From NCBI GenBank assembly GCA_964016885.1, contig CAXHJY010001727.1, positions 32,021 through 96,020 on the forward strand: DNA of 64,000 nucleotides, given 5' to 3'. Position 1 is the stretch's first letter. Every line of letters starts with the position of its first letter. The notes under the pieces were generated by a model, which saw nothing but the letters and a program-made list of their open reading frames with translations, did not search any database and was not told where the DNA came from. The DNA comes from Eledone cirrhosa (Eukaryota). Below, one piece after another: positions 29,336 through 44,035 of this stretch. The position numbers and the translations under genes were made by a program.

Positions 29336-30216
29336 CATACATATATATATACATACATATATATATACATATACATATATATATACATATACATATACAC
29401 ATATATATATATATATACACATATATATATACATATATATATATACATATATATATATACATATATACATATACATATACATATATACATATACATATAC
29501 ATATATACATATACATATATACATATATATATATACATATATATATATACATATATATATATACATATATATATATACATATATATATACATATATATAT
29601 ATACATATATATATATACATATATATATATACATATATATATATACATATATATATATACATATATATATATAAATATATATATATACATATATATATAT
29701 ACATATATATATATACATATATATATATACATATATATATATACATATATATATATACATATATATATATACATATATATATATACATATATATATATAC
29801 ATATATATATATACATATATATATATACATATATATATATACATATATATATATACATATATATATATACATATATATATATACATATATATATATACAT
29901 ATATATATATACATATATATATATACATATATATATATACATATATATATATACATATATATATATACATATATATATATACATATATATATATACATAT
30001 ATATATATACATATATATATATACATATATATATATACATATATATATATACATATATATATATACATATATACATATATATATATACATATATATACAT
30101 ATATACATATATATACATATATATATATACATATATATATATACATATATATAAATATATATATATACATATATATACATATATATATATACATATATAT
30201 ACATATATACATATAC

Positions 30217-30267
<51 letters not shown>

Positions 30268-30268
30268 C

Positions 30269-30315
<47 letters not shown>

Positions 30316-30332
30316 CATATATATACATATAC

Positions 30333-30363
<31 letters not shown>

Positions 30364-30392
30364 CATATATATACATATACATATATATATAC

Positions 30393-30429
<37 letters not shown>

Positions 30430-30430
30430 C

Positions 30431-30461
<31 letters not shown>

Positions 30462-30575
30462 CATATATATATAATATACATATATATATACATATATATA
30501 CATACATATATATATATACATATATATATATATACATATATATATACATATATATATATATACATATATATATAC

Positions 30576-30693
<118 letters not shown>

Positions 30694-31389
30694 ATATAGA
30701 TATACATATATATACATATGTATATATATGTATATATATGTATATATATGTATATATATGTATATATATGTATATATATGTATATATATGTATATATATG
30801 TATATATGTATATATGTATATATATGTATATATATATATATATATATATACATATATATACATATATACATATATATACATATATACATATATACATATA
30901 TATACATATATATACATATACATATATATACATATATATACATATATATACATATATATACATATATATACATATATATACATATATATACATATATATA
31001 CATATATATACATATATATACATATATATACATATATATACATATATATATATACATATATACATATATATATATACATATATATATATACATATATATA
31101 CATACATATATATATATACATATATATACATACATATATATATACATATATATATATACATATATATATATACATATATATATATACATATATATACATA
31201 TATATATATACATATATATATATACATATATATATATACATATATATACATATATATATATACATATATATATATACATATATATACATACATATATATA
31301 GATACATATATATACATACATATATATATATACATATATATATATACATATATATATATACATATATATATATACATATATATATATAC

Positions 31390-31429
<40 letters not shown>

Positions 31430-31930
31430 ATACACATACATACATACACATACATACATACACACACATATACATACACATATACATATATATACATACA
31501 TATACATACATACATATATATACATACATACATACATATATACATACATATACATAGATACATACATATACATAGATACATACATACATACACACACATA
31601 CATACATACATACATACACATATACACATACACACACATACATACATACACACATACATACATATATACACATACATACATATACACACATATACATACA
31701 TACATATATATATACACATAGATATACATATACACATAGATATACATATATATATACATAGATATATATATACATATATATATACATACATATATACATA
31801 CATATATACATACATATATACATATATATACATACATATATATATACATATATATACATACATATACATACATGTACAGATATATATATACATAAATGTA
31901 CATACATATACATACAAATATGTACATATA

Positions 31931-32160
31931 AGTAGAAGGGGTATTTAATTTGTTTGAATAATCCCTAATATATTTCCACTATCCAGTGAATTTCCAACCG
32001 ATAAGGTATGATTTTCATGGGTACATCTCTATTTATAAAACAAACTTTGTATTTTATCTGATGAAAGCGTACCAATGTTGTCTCGGTAGCCTTGAAATAT
32101 ATATAATAAAATAAATATGGTTTTATAAATATAGTTTCCATTTATTTAATATCATTGTAT
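31931..32160 (+). mobile_element. Short PLE-type element (inverted tail plus hammerhead pLTR), same family as 269-438
   Basis: 32049-32160 aligns with 269-350. The start (AGGGGTATTTAATTTGTT) is the reverse complement of about 416-433. Confidence 0.75.
32050..32113 (+). ncRNA. Minimal type I hammerhead ribozyme
   Basis: TATTTTAT-CTGATGA-AAGCGTACC..GGTAGCCTT-GAAA-TATATA-TA-ATAAAATA. Confidence 0.85.
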
Positions 32161-32936
32161 ATGTACATACATATACATACATACATACACATGCATATAT
32201 ATATATATATAAACTTTTTCAAATATATAATAAATAAATGCAGGCTTTCTTTTTCTTTAAATAAAATATAGTTTTTAAGAACCAGAAATATAATAACAAA
32301 CTGAATAGAGAAAACCCAGTTGAGTCATCTAAATAGTATGTTAGTTCGATGAATGCATATATACAAAGAATAAAGTGAAGATGAAGGAGAGCAGACAAAG
32401 GATGTCAGGAGAAAAACCCCTTCAGGAATAGAAGAATTAGAGAACAAATATAGTTTCGGAAAGAAGAAAATTTTATGAATAAATATTTGCAATTTAAGGT
32501 TTGTTTTTTAACCTCATCATCGCCATAGACTTTCATAAACTGAGACTCGCCTCACTCTATCTTTTTTTTCTTTCCAAAATTATATTAAACAAATTTGCTA
32601 TCATATAATGCTTTAATCCTTCAAGAAAAGCACAGTATAAATTCACTGCAAAACAAACTGATATTAAAAGCCATGACAACATGAAGCCAAAAGCTATCAT
32701 GTGCAACAAAACACACACACGATAGATAGCAAGTGGAATTACTCCACATTTTCAGTACAGATTAAGAGTTTTAAGGATAAACTACTCTAAAAAAATATAT
32801 ACACCCATGTAATCACAAGGCTTGAAAATTATTTAGGACCCAAGAGTAGATACCAGCCTAAAACTTAGCTCAATATAGTGAGGTGGTGTAGCCACAATGT
32901 AGTGTAATCAAATAGACAGCGCAATGGAAATCTGAG

Positions 32937-33175
32937 TTAACCCTTTAGTTACCAACCCAGCCAAAACCAATTCTAATTCTATGAAATAAAACCACCCATT
33001 TTAAAAGGTTTCCAATCTAAATTAAAATCTTCCAACATAATTTTATATTAGAACCTTACATCAAATTACTATCTTACTAATGAAGTGATTAATAATTTTA
33101 GTAAATCTCTCAAAGTTCTTCATTAATCAATTGAAATAGTGTATTTCATTAAAAATGTGGTCACGAAAGAGTTAA
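32937..33175. mobile_element. TTAA-flanked piggyBac-type MITE
   Basis: TTAA-CCCTTTAGTTACCA ... TGGTCACGAAAGAG-TTAA. Confidence 0.7.
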
Positions 33176-33584
33176 AACTATCTTCTGAAAAAACAAAAAA
33201 CAAAAACACTACAGTACTTTAACCATTAGGTTAACATATTTCTAATGCAAAACACTGATTTTCAAATAATGCATTAATGATCAAGAATTTGAAGGATTTA
33301 GTAAGATAACTTTCTCATTATTAAGCTGATGTTTGGCGCAATAGCTTAAAGATTCTTACATAAAATTATGATAGTAAGTTTTTAGATAAATATAAACACT
33401 TAAAAACCATGACAACATTAAGCCAAAAGCTATTGTATACAACAAAACACACATGATATAGATAGATAGCAAGTGAAATAATTCTACATTTTTAGTAGTT
33501 TCAGTCATGTTTTGTTTTCATTTTGTTCTTGGTTTTCCAATGACAAGCTCAAGAATCTTATGAATAAACCACCTTAAGAGATTA

Positions 33585-33592
33585 TATCTATA

Positions 33593-33637
<45 letters not shown>

Positions 33638-34063
33638 ATATCTATATCTATATATATCTATATATATATATATCTATATATATATATATATCTATATCTA
33701 TCTATCTATATATATATCTATATCTATCTATATATATATATATCTATATCTATCTATATATATATATATCTATATCTATCTATCTATATATATATATATC
33801 TATATCTATCTATATATATCTATCTATATATATATATCTATATCTATCTATCTCTATATCTATCTATCTATCTATCTCTATATCTATCTATCTATCTCTC
33901 TCTATATATATATATCTATATATATCTATATATATCTATATCTATATATATCTATATATATATCTATATATATATCTATCTATCTATATCTATCTATATC
34001 TATATCTATCTATATCTATATCTATCTATATATATATATATATATCTATATCTATATCTATAT
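33585..34063. repeat. (TA)n/(TATC)n microsatellite; the same type continues at 36873-37106
   Basis: TATATC/TATC units on both flanks of the Tx1 element. Confidence 0.95.
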
Positions 34064-36872
34064 CTAGCTGCGGATAGGAATAGGAAGGAAAGGGAGCTAA
34101 TAGATAGAGTAGAAGAGGCAATTAGAAGCGGTGACGTGGCCAGAGTGCTAGCGTCGAGAACGGCTTTGAGCCAGTTTTTCGACGCGAAGCACGAAGGCTG
34201 CGTTGTCCGAAGTAAAATACGTGCTCTAGGGAACGAGGGGACCAAAGCTGTTAGCTGGGCCCGCGTGACAGAGGCCAACAGTGGAACTAAATCCACCATC
34301 CGGTCTTTGCGAGACCTGGATGGACGGGCGATTCTTGAGCCTAAGCAGATGTGAGGCCTTTCAAAGGCACTTTGCCCGACTGTTCGGGAGGGGCGGGGAG
34401 CCGGTTGGGAACGTGGACTTCGGTCCATACCTCGACGGCCTGCCGCGCCTCTCGGACAGGGAGGCGAAGTCCTGCGAGGAGCCGATTTCGGCCGCTGAGA
34501 TAGAGGACGTGCTGAGCCAATGCGGCAAACGCAAATCCCCGGGTCTCGATGGTCTTCCTTACGAATTATATCTAGCTATGCCGGACTTGTTCCCCGATAT
34601 TCTCGAGGCAGTCTACTGCAACTGGCAACAGAACGGGAGAATTCCCTGTACTGTGACCAAGGGCGTAGTCACGCTAGTGAGGAAGGACGAGAACAAGGGG
34701 GACGAAATAAGTAACTTCAGGCCCATAACTCTGCTAAATACAGAGTTACAGATTTTGGCCAAGGTGCTAGCAAAGAGGTTGGCGCTTGTCGTGGGCAACC
34801 TGGTGGGAGATGTGCAGTAATGCGCTATCCCGTCCAGGTCCATCCATGACAACCTCCACCTCATGCGATACATCATAGAGAGGGTTGGGAACGAACCCGG
34901 CTTTGGTGGGGCTCTGATCAACTTGGATCAATCTAAGGCGTTCGATAGGGTCGACCATGGTTACCTGGATGCGGTGCTAGCGGCGGCAGGCTTCGGACCC
35001 GTTTTCAGGGGCTGGATCACTGCTATGCACAGCAGCCGCATCTGCTCTAGGGTCAAGGTGAACGGCTACCTCTCGGAGCCGTTCAAAATCGCGCGGTCCA
35101 TCCGACAAGGGTGCCCTCTCTCCTCCCTTCTGTATGTGTTGACTCTCGAGCCACTACTGCGGAAGTTGGAGTTGTTGCAGGGCATCCCTTTGGAACCGGG
35201 ATTGCGGAAAGCGGTGTCGGCCTATGCCGATGACATGACAGTAATGGTGTCGACGGCCTCCGAAATCGAGGCGGTCGGCACCTTACTGGAGGAGTACGAA
35301 AAAAGTTCACAGGGGCTAAGCTGAACCGGGACAAGTCGATCGGTTTGCAACTCGGCACGTGGAGGGGCAGACCGATGCCCTCCGATGGCGTCGTCGGACG
35401 CTGGACGGAGGGACCGGTGAAGTTGCTCGGGGTCTGGTTCGGACCGGACCTCCAGGTGGAGAAAAACTGGGTGGAGGTTACGAACAGGGTGTTTGCACTG
35501 ACCCAGAAGTGGGCCAGTTGCAAACTATCCCTGAAAGGTCGGGCGGAGGTGGCGAACACCTACATAGCGTCCGTCATCTGCTACCGCCTGACCGTAGTGC
35601 CCTGCCCAAGGGAAACCCTCACCAAGATGGAGCGCGCGCTCTTCCAATTCCTTTGGAAGAGGCGGGCTCCTATGGTGAGGAGATCCATCTGCTGTCAACA
35701 CCCTTCGAAAGGAGGGCTGGGGACGCCGTGGTTAATGATGCGTAAACACGCATTAAGGCTACGGCACCTCTACGTATTCCTCACCGGACAACCGGTGTGG
35801 GCCTCGTTTGTGAGACGAACCTTTCCCAGACTCGTCTCACTCACCGAGCTGCAATCCTGGGTCAAGCAAAGACCGAGAAAACTGGGCGCCTGGCACACTG
35901 AGTGTGCCCAGGCGCTCACCGCCCTCTGGCAGGCGGATCCGGTTATCACTGGAGACTCCACCGCAACATTCTATAGAGGGCTAGTACGCAGCAGGTGCGA
36001 CGACGCCCTCGGAGAAGCCCTAGACATGGAGGAGGACGAACTGGCCAGCCTGTTCGGTAGGACATTCAGCCCGAGACCTATGGACAACTTCCAGAAGTCC
36101 CCGGCCTGGCAGTGCTACCGAGGGGCTTTACCCGTTCGAGAAAGGCTCTACAGACACGGGCGCCCGGGTAGGGACCCCGCCAAAAAGATCTGTCCCAGAT
36201 GCGTGTGCGACGAGGAAACCGTTGCACACGCATTGGTACACTGCTCGGGCATTGCCGATCTGTGGGGCTATGTCGAACAACTGCTGTCAAGGGTGGGACC
36301 GATCCGGTTGACCACCGAGTCTATTGTAACGATCAAGCCGCCTCCCCTCTTCAAAAACGAAGGAGAGGCGGTGTTTCTGTACGTAATAGCCATGGCGAAA
36401 GAGGTTGTAAGGTGGACGCATCTGAAAGGACTGAGGTCAGACACCTTTCTCTCTGGCCAACAACTGGTCCGTTTCTTCCGATATCATTTCGGAAGAAGGA
36501 TCAGGATGGAGAGAGAGGTGCTGCACCCCAGCCGTTTTTATGAAAGATGGGTGAAAGTGGCGAGAATGGCCCGTGTGAATGGGCCTTCACTCTACATCAG
36601 ACTATAGGTGAGGAAGATGAAAGACCAAGGGAGCACCCCTTCTCTGTGCTCCTGAGGAGAAGGGTTGCACACTTTTTTTCGGGGGTGTGTGCGACCCCCC
36701 CAAGGCGCCTCCTCTCTATTGAGGACTTTGTTATAAATTTTATTTTTTGTTATATTTTATTTTATTTTTATATATTGTTATTGCCTCCTCCTTATTGAGG
36801 ACGCCTTGTTTTGTAAACTCCCCCCATTGTACTTGTCCCACTTTTGATGCCCTGGTGGCAAATAAAAGAAAC
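34064..36872 (+). mobile_element. L1/Tx1-clade LINE, 5'-truncated, disrupted ORF2
   Basis: KSPGLDGLPYELY, NFRPITLLN, LDQSKAFDRV, RQGCPLS, AYADD, LSLKGRA and a CPRC...ETVAHALVHC zinc knuckle; stop at 36607 and AATAAA at 36861. GC-rich relative to the host. Confidence 0.93.
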
Positions 36873-37106
36873 ATATCTATATATCTATATATATATCTAT
36901 ATCTATATCTATATCTATATCTATATCTCTATATATATATCTATATATATATCTATATATATATATCTATATATATATATCTATATATATATCTATATAT
37001 ATATCTATATATATATCTATATATATATATATATATATCTATATATATATATCTATATATATCTATATCTATATCTATCTATATATATCTATATATATAT
37101 ATATAT

Positions 37107-37548
37107 TTCAGGTCTCTACATTGCTGTAGTAGAGTCTGTGCTGCTGTATGGGTCTGAGACTTGGACACTGACCAAGAAACTCACTCAGATGGTGGATGGG
37201 TGCTCCACGAGAATGCTGAGGATGGCTCTGAACATTAATCAGTATACACTGAAGATGAAAAACTCAGAGCTGTATGGGAGCATCCCAAAAGTCAGCTCAA
37301 AAGTGACACAGAGGAGACTGGGGTTAGCTGGACATGCTCACCGACATCCAGAGTTGACATTGCACTCAGTGCTCCTTTGGGAGCCCCTACATGGACACAC
37401 TAGAAGAGGAAGACCAAGGTTAACGTATGTTGATGCCCTAAGGACAGACACTGGTCTGTTGGAGATGCAGGACATGGCAGCAATAATGAGGGACAGAGAC
37501 CGCTGGAGAGAACTCGTCCATGGATCTCGGGAATTTTACCCGCCTTAG
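37107..37548 (+). mobile_element. 3' fragment of a second RTE-like LINE family
   Basis: [15 protein letters not shown]...RMLR...[11 protein letters not shown]...[11 protein letters not shown]. Confidence 0.85.
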
Positions 37549-37550
37549 AT

Positions 37551-37599
<49 letters not shown>

Positions 37600-37601
<2 letters not shown>

Positions 37602-37933
37602 AGGCACATGGCTTAGTGGTTAAAACATTGTCCTTGCAATTGAAAGGTTGTGAGTTCAATTCTCAGACCGGGTGCTGTGTTGTTTCCTAGAGCAAGACAC
37701 TTTATTTCACATTACTCGAGTTTACTCAGCTGTAGAAATGAGATGAAAGGGACTGGGGTTCATATCATTCCACTGGTGGTCGTGGAGGTGCCACGGCAAA
37801 AAAGCACCTAGCACGCACTGTAAATGAGGTTGGTGTTAAGAAGGGCATCCAGCTGTAGAAATCAAGCCAAAATCAGTTCCCGTCCCACCCTTGCAAGCAG
37901 GGAAAAAGCGGACGTAAAAATGAAATGATGATG
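37600..37933 (+). mobile_element. SINE family A, full length
   Basis: Same head, core and tail as 8478-8855. Confidence 0.88.
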
Positions 37934-38431
37934 ATATATATATATATATACATACACCCATGCAATTAGAATTATATAAACTATTAGCAGTAGTATTAAC
38001 GCAACTTGATTCAGAATATATGGAAGTATATAGAATATGTCTGTGTATAATAAACATACATTGTGATATCATAGCTACCTCAGTATACTGCAATAGGAAA
38101 TTTCAAACCATTAAACATATCATATTGCTAGTGAGAATGATCCTCCCTACACACACACATTATATATATATCATCACCATTTAACGTCCATTTTTCCATG
38201 TTAGCATAGGTTAGACTGGTTGTTCCGTTTCAGGCAAGTTGGGAAAGGTGACCGTGTCATGCTCACACGGGACTGTTTCTGGCTTGGTTTCTATGGCTGG
38301 ATGCCCTTCCTAATGCCAACCATATTTACTGTGTGGGCTGGGGTTCTTTTTGCTGTGTCGCCATCATGACCACTTTATAGTGTGGGCTCGAGGCTTCACT
38401 AGATGTATGGTAAGATGAGGTGGGGATGGTG

Positions 38432-38472
<41 letters not shown>

Positions 38473-40496
38473 ACTTCAAGCTTCAGCCTGTGCCTATGGG
38501 TAGGCAGGTCTTCTGTATCACTGCATAACACCAGATATCCCAGTCCTGTATCAATATATGATATATATATATATATACACCCATACAATAATCTTTGACC
38601 AAGCAATGTAACTTTTTGTATGGCCACTTGACCTGCAAAAGACAATCTTTAATATGGAGACTATATCATTATTTTAAAGACAATTTTTCATGTTGGTATA
38701 TGTTAGGCCAACACTGCACGTTTTAAAACTCCTCTTTTTTTTTAATGGCCTAGTCAAGAGGAAGGTTAGCACCCATGAACATCTGGGCTGCAAGATTGAT
38801 GGCAGGAAGTTGTCTGCAGGTTGGATACCTAGCCTAAATTATTGCAATAGAGAGGACTTTAGTAAAGGCAACTGAGGGCCAAATAGTGGTGATATAAACA
38901 GAATGACAATGATTTGACATCCAATTTTCCATGCTAGTATGAGTTGGACGAGTTGTCATGGTTGAAGACAAGGACCAGGGCAACCTCATCTTGTTCATTC
39001 ATTCTACATTTGGCACAGTTTCTATGGCCGAGTGCCTTTCCTAACACCAACCACCTTACAGGGTCTACTGAATGTGTTTTCTTAGCATCACCACTACTAT
39101 TTTACAGAATAAATTGGGTGCAGTTTTTCAAGGCACCAGCACTTTATAGATTACATATACGAACATGCTTCAAAATAATACAATTTTTAAAATATAATTA
39201 CTGATGAAATCAAATGATGCATCTGTCCACACATGCCTATAGTGTGGTTGGTGACAAGAAGGGTATCCTGCCATAGAAAACTTGCCAAACAAACGGTGAC
39301 AAAGACATGGAAAATGACAATGATGAAATGCATGTGTGTGTGTGACTGTACTGATAATCTACATGATAAACACACCCAGTACACACTAAAGTGATTGATG
39401 ACTGGAAGGGCATCCAGTCATAGAAAGCTTGCCAAACAAAGGGTTTGGAGGACCCTTCAGCTGTGTCAAAGACATGACAATCTTCCTAGAGCTGGTGTCA
39501 TAATAAAATGCACTCAGAGCATATGAACATTTAGTAAGAGGGTGCAGGAAGGTCTCTGGCCCATCCAAGATGTCAGTAGTATCACTTCAGTACTGACTTG
39601 GTCTGTGACAACCTGTCCAACCTTTATTAGCAGGGAAAATAGACATTAAATGATGATGATAATGACAATGATTATATATGCAAGTGTGTCTTTTTGTGTT
39701 TACAGTTGTGTCAATGTTTATATCTCATAACTTATCAGTTCTACAAATAGAGATCAATTAAAAAGTATCAGATTTGGGAGCAATTATGATTGACTAAATG
39801 AAGTTGGTGTCCCAGCATGTAAATAACCTGATTTTACATCCACTTTCCATGCTGGAACTGACAACCAGTTCATACTCACACATACACAAACAAACTCTAA
39901 ATCTTAAAATAACTATCATGTGTAAAAAAAATATATATATATATATATAAAGAAACATCAAATTTTCATTTATATTTAGAAGATTGTTGACAGAATATTA
40001 AAATTTTGAATATAAGAAAGCTTAATGATGCAAAAACTGATAATGTTAGATGTAAAGCAAAAATATGATTCGATTTTTATAGGATTTTTGTTGCTATTTT
40101 CATACAATTTCTTTTTAATCTTCCAAAAATTAATTTTTTGTTGAAATTTTTCCTATAATAAAATAACTGAAATTTCCCTATAATCAAATTATATTGTTTT
40201 GAACTTTTAGAAATAAAACATGTCTATATATATATATATATATATAATAAAAAGCCCCCCCCCCCTCCCCAACAACTCACATAAAGAAATTTAATTACTA
40301 AAATCATATTTTTAAATGAATTTTGGAAATAAATTTAAAATTAAATCAACTGATTCTAGAAAGATTCATACATACATAATATATATATATTAATACACAA
40401 ACATACATATATATATATATATATAAACAAATACAATTACACATGTATATATATGCACGCACATATATATCAATTCACATACATATACACATATGC

Positions 40497-40527
<31 letters not shown>

Positions 40528-40790
40528 GTGTTTATATATGTATGTATATATACATATGCATATATTCACACATACACACGCACACATCTGACACATCACT
40601 CTATAATTAGTATATTCTTTTAAAATAGATTTCCTGCAAACTAAATCTTACATTTGCTGTCAATTGCAGCTGTTTCTCACCTGTCAACAACTAAAACTGA
40701 TTTAATACTATGATTGGATTAATTAATTAATAAATCAATATTTATTCAAAAAGTAAAAAATGAATGATAAATCAAACAAAAAGACATTCA

Positions 40791-40842
<52 letters not shown>

Positions 40843-41014
40843 ATACATACACAAGAGAGAGAGAAAGAGACATATACATACATATAATTGGTGTTGGATG
40901 CTTAAAGCGTCCGTATGCGGTAGGCCGTTTGAGCACTCGATGCTCTCATACAGCAGAGTATGATATTACAAAAAAAAAAAGAGAATCAGTGTTGCGACGA
41001 ATGGAATTTATTGG

Positions 41015-41108
41015 ACATATTACAATTGTTTCTCTGGCGACCAGCTCCATGCACTTTCAATGTGATTATCGAACCTGACTCTGAAAATCGCAAGGTCCTC
41101 AGATACGT
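41015..41108 (-). ncRNA. Minimal type I hammerhead ribozyme
   Basis: Reverse complement: ACGTAT-CTGAGGA-CCTTGCGA..TCGCCAGA-GAAA-CAATTG-TA-ATATGT; the base of stem II is imperfect. Confidence 0.75.
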
Positions 41109-41365
41109 TTTGATTCTACAAAGCATATATACATACAATATACACATACATACATACACAGATATACATATATATATGTATACACATACATACATACACA
41201 GATATACATATATATATATGTATACACATACATACATATATATACACATACATACATACAGATATACATACATAGCTTGACCACAGCCACATAGCGATTC
41301 TTAGCCATTTTTTAATCTAATTTTGGCGCAATCGGGTTAGAAAACTAGATGTCTGATTTTGAGTT

Positions 41366-41444
41366 TGTCTCCTGATGAATCCTAACTCAAGACATTCCTA
41401 TTATTTGGATGTCTAAAAATACGGATGAAACCATGGTAGAGATA
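41366..41444 (+). ncRNA. Minimal type I hammerhead ribozyme
   Basis: TGTCTC-CTGATGA-ATCC..GGAT-GAAA-CCATGG-TA-GAGATA. Confidence 0.88.
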
Positions 41445-41841
41445 TAATTACGGTATGTACACATTTCTTCTAAGTTTAATTTTACACCTAATTGTGTATG
41501 GTTGATGATATATTTAGTCAGTTTCTACATGCTGGCGAAATGTTGGATAAATAATCTATTGGGGCCACCGCGAAGAGGCCACTTGCAGTTATTTGTCGGA
41601 GATTTCTTCATAAGAGCCTTTCTTCTTATAGCTTGGTCTAATTGATTTTTTATATGGTTAATTATGCTAATTAGAAGAGGAAATAGAATTATTAGATAAA
41701 ATATATACTAAGGACATGATTTATGATATATATATATGTATGTATATACATATATACACATACATACATACAGATATACATACATATATATATATATATA
41801 TATGTATGTATACACATATATACACATACATACATACAGAT

Positions 41842-41883
<42 letters not shown>

Positions 41884-42097
41884 ACACATATATACATATA
41901 TATATATATATATGTATGTATACACATATATACATATACACATACATATATATACAGATATACATACATATATATATATTAGGGTAAACATTGATGCAAT
42001 TCAATTCAAGCACTCAACGTACTTTTTCCACATAGGAGTGACGGAGTAAATATCGAATAAGGAAAAGCGAAGTAGTTTCAGATGTTCAAGTCCTTTA

Positions 42098-42287
42098 ATA
42101 ATAATTGTTTCTACTTTAGGCACAAGGCCAGCAATTATCCAGTGCATTACTGGTACTTTATTTTATCGACCCCGTAAGGATGAAAGGCAAAGTCAACCTC
42201 GGCGGGATTTGAACTCAGATCATAAAGGGACGTAACTATGCTGGAAAGCATGGCGTCCGACCCTCTACCGATACTGCCAATCCACCA
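42098..42287 (-). mobile_element. SINE family B inserted into a PLE-derived element just 3' of its hammerhead
   Basis: Reverse complement closely matches 2925-3118. Confidence 0.82.
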
Positions 42288-42289
42288 AT

Positions 42290-42363
42290 GCTGTGATATA
42301 TATTTCAATGGCGACATTGGCCACACAGTTCTGTGTGCGAGTGTCGTGACATCATCAGACAGC
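42290..42363 (-). ncRNA. Minimal type I hammerhead ribozyme
   Basis: Reverse complement: GCTGT-CTGATGA-..CGACA..CACACAG AA CTGTGTG..TGTCG..-GAAA-TATATA-TC-ACAGC. Confidence 0.78.
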
Positions 42364-44035
42364 TTGTTACATAATAAGGTTATGTTTCCGAGGCAATCCA
42401 AATTGAATCGACATGGGAACGGATGAAATGCGTGCTTTTGGGTTTATCACCCGTTCCCCTGTGAGTACCAATTCACCCCCACCGGTCTGCGCGTGCACAT
42501 GTCCAAAGGAAGTTGACCATTAGCTACCGCAGATTTCAACGAAATTCGCTTAGTCAGTTCACCCTCTCAGCGACACAATGGCCCGTACCATAGTTTACTG
42601 CTACCCATCTCGACTTTGGTAATCAGTCGAAAGCCAGATGGGGTGGGAGAGTGTTAGTTTTTACTGGTCATAATACTACCTCTCACCTAGCGTGGACAGT
42701 ACGACTGACCATCAACTCAAAGGGAAAATGAACTTAATTCTAGGTATCATGATTTTACATTGTAAGTTAAGAGTGAGAGTTGGAAATAAAAATTAAGTCC
42801 TAAATCAAGTATCAGAAATTATAAATTAAACAATTAAAAAATTAACAATGAGTAATTAAAAGTTAGAAATTTTTTTCAATTGAGGATTCGGATTGAGGTG
42901 AGTAAAAAAATATAGATTGAAGTGAGTAAATAATATGGAGAGAGATGTTTAAGTAAGAAGTTCTGAGAGGGATTCTAGTGTCACAGTTACTCTATCCACA
43001 TATTGAACGACAGTGCCGTACATTAGAACGGAGGGTAAGCTAGAGCATTCAAGGCATTAGTCAATCTGGTACAGTCATAATTTCCATCACATGGAACAAT
43101 ACCAAAGAAAAACAGACATAGAAGAAAAAAATGCAAAAACAATATGCAAAATGATCCATATGATTGTCATTCCGTCCATGTATAGATTGAATTGAGGGGG
43201 CTTCTGTTCAAATGCGATTTGATGCAGGGAAATAGGGGTTTATCTTATTTTTTGTTTCCGTGTATTTATCCTGCCGAAAGTTACTATTATGTCCGGCCAG
43301 TTTCAGGCGTTTCCATCCCCACGGTAGAGGGAATTTCCGGGGTAGCTCATGGTTGGTTCCTCTCTTCTCCACCATATCGGTTACATCGTAAAGCGCTCAA
43401 CTAATTGGAGCTAAATTATTAGGGTAAACATTGATGCAATTCAATTCAAGCACTCAACGTACTTTTTCCACAATATATATATGTATGAAAACGTACATAC
43501 ATACATATATATACGCATACATATATATACGTATACACATAAATATATATACATACATACATATATATATATATATATGTATACACATACATACATATAC
43601 ACATACATATATCTATATACACATACATACATACATATACACATACATACATACATATACACATACATACATATATATACATACAAACATACATACACAT
43701 ACATACATACAAACATATATATATATACACATACATACATATATATATACATACGTACATATATATATACACACATACATATAAACACATACATACATAT
43801 ATATATACACATACATACATATATATACACATACATACATATATATATATACACATACATACATATATATACACGTACATACATATATATACACATACAT
43901 ACATATATATACACATACATATATATATATATACATACATATATATATACATACATATATATATACATACATATATATATACATACATATATATATATAC
44001 ATACATATATATATATACATATATATATATACATA

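Larger units (their letters stand above)
41978..43472 (-). mobile_element. Non-coding PLE-type element bounded by 55-bp direct repeats
   Basis: ATTAGGGTAAACATTGATGCAATTCAATTCAAGCACTCAACGTACTTTTTCCACA at 41978-42032 and 43418-43472; contains a hammerhead and a nested SINE. Confidence 0.65.

Noticed and set aside
40645-40700. Possible minus-strand microexon signals (TTTTAG..GACAG|GTGAGA, AAT|GTAAGA)
   Set aside because: No similarity to SmB and indistinguishable from chance splice-like motifs.
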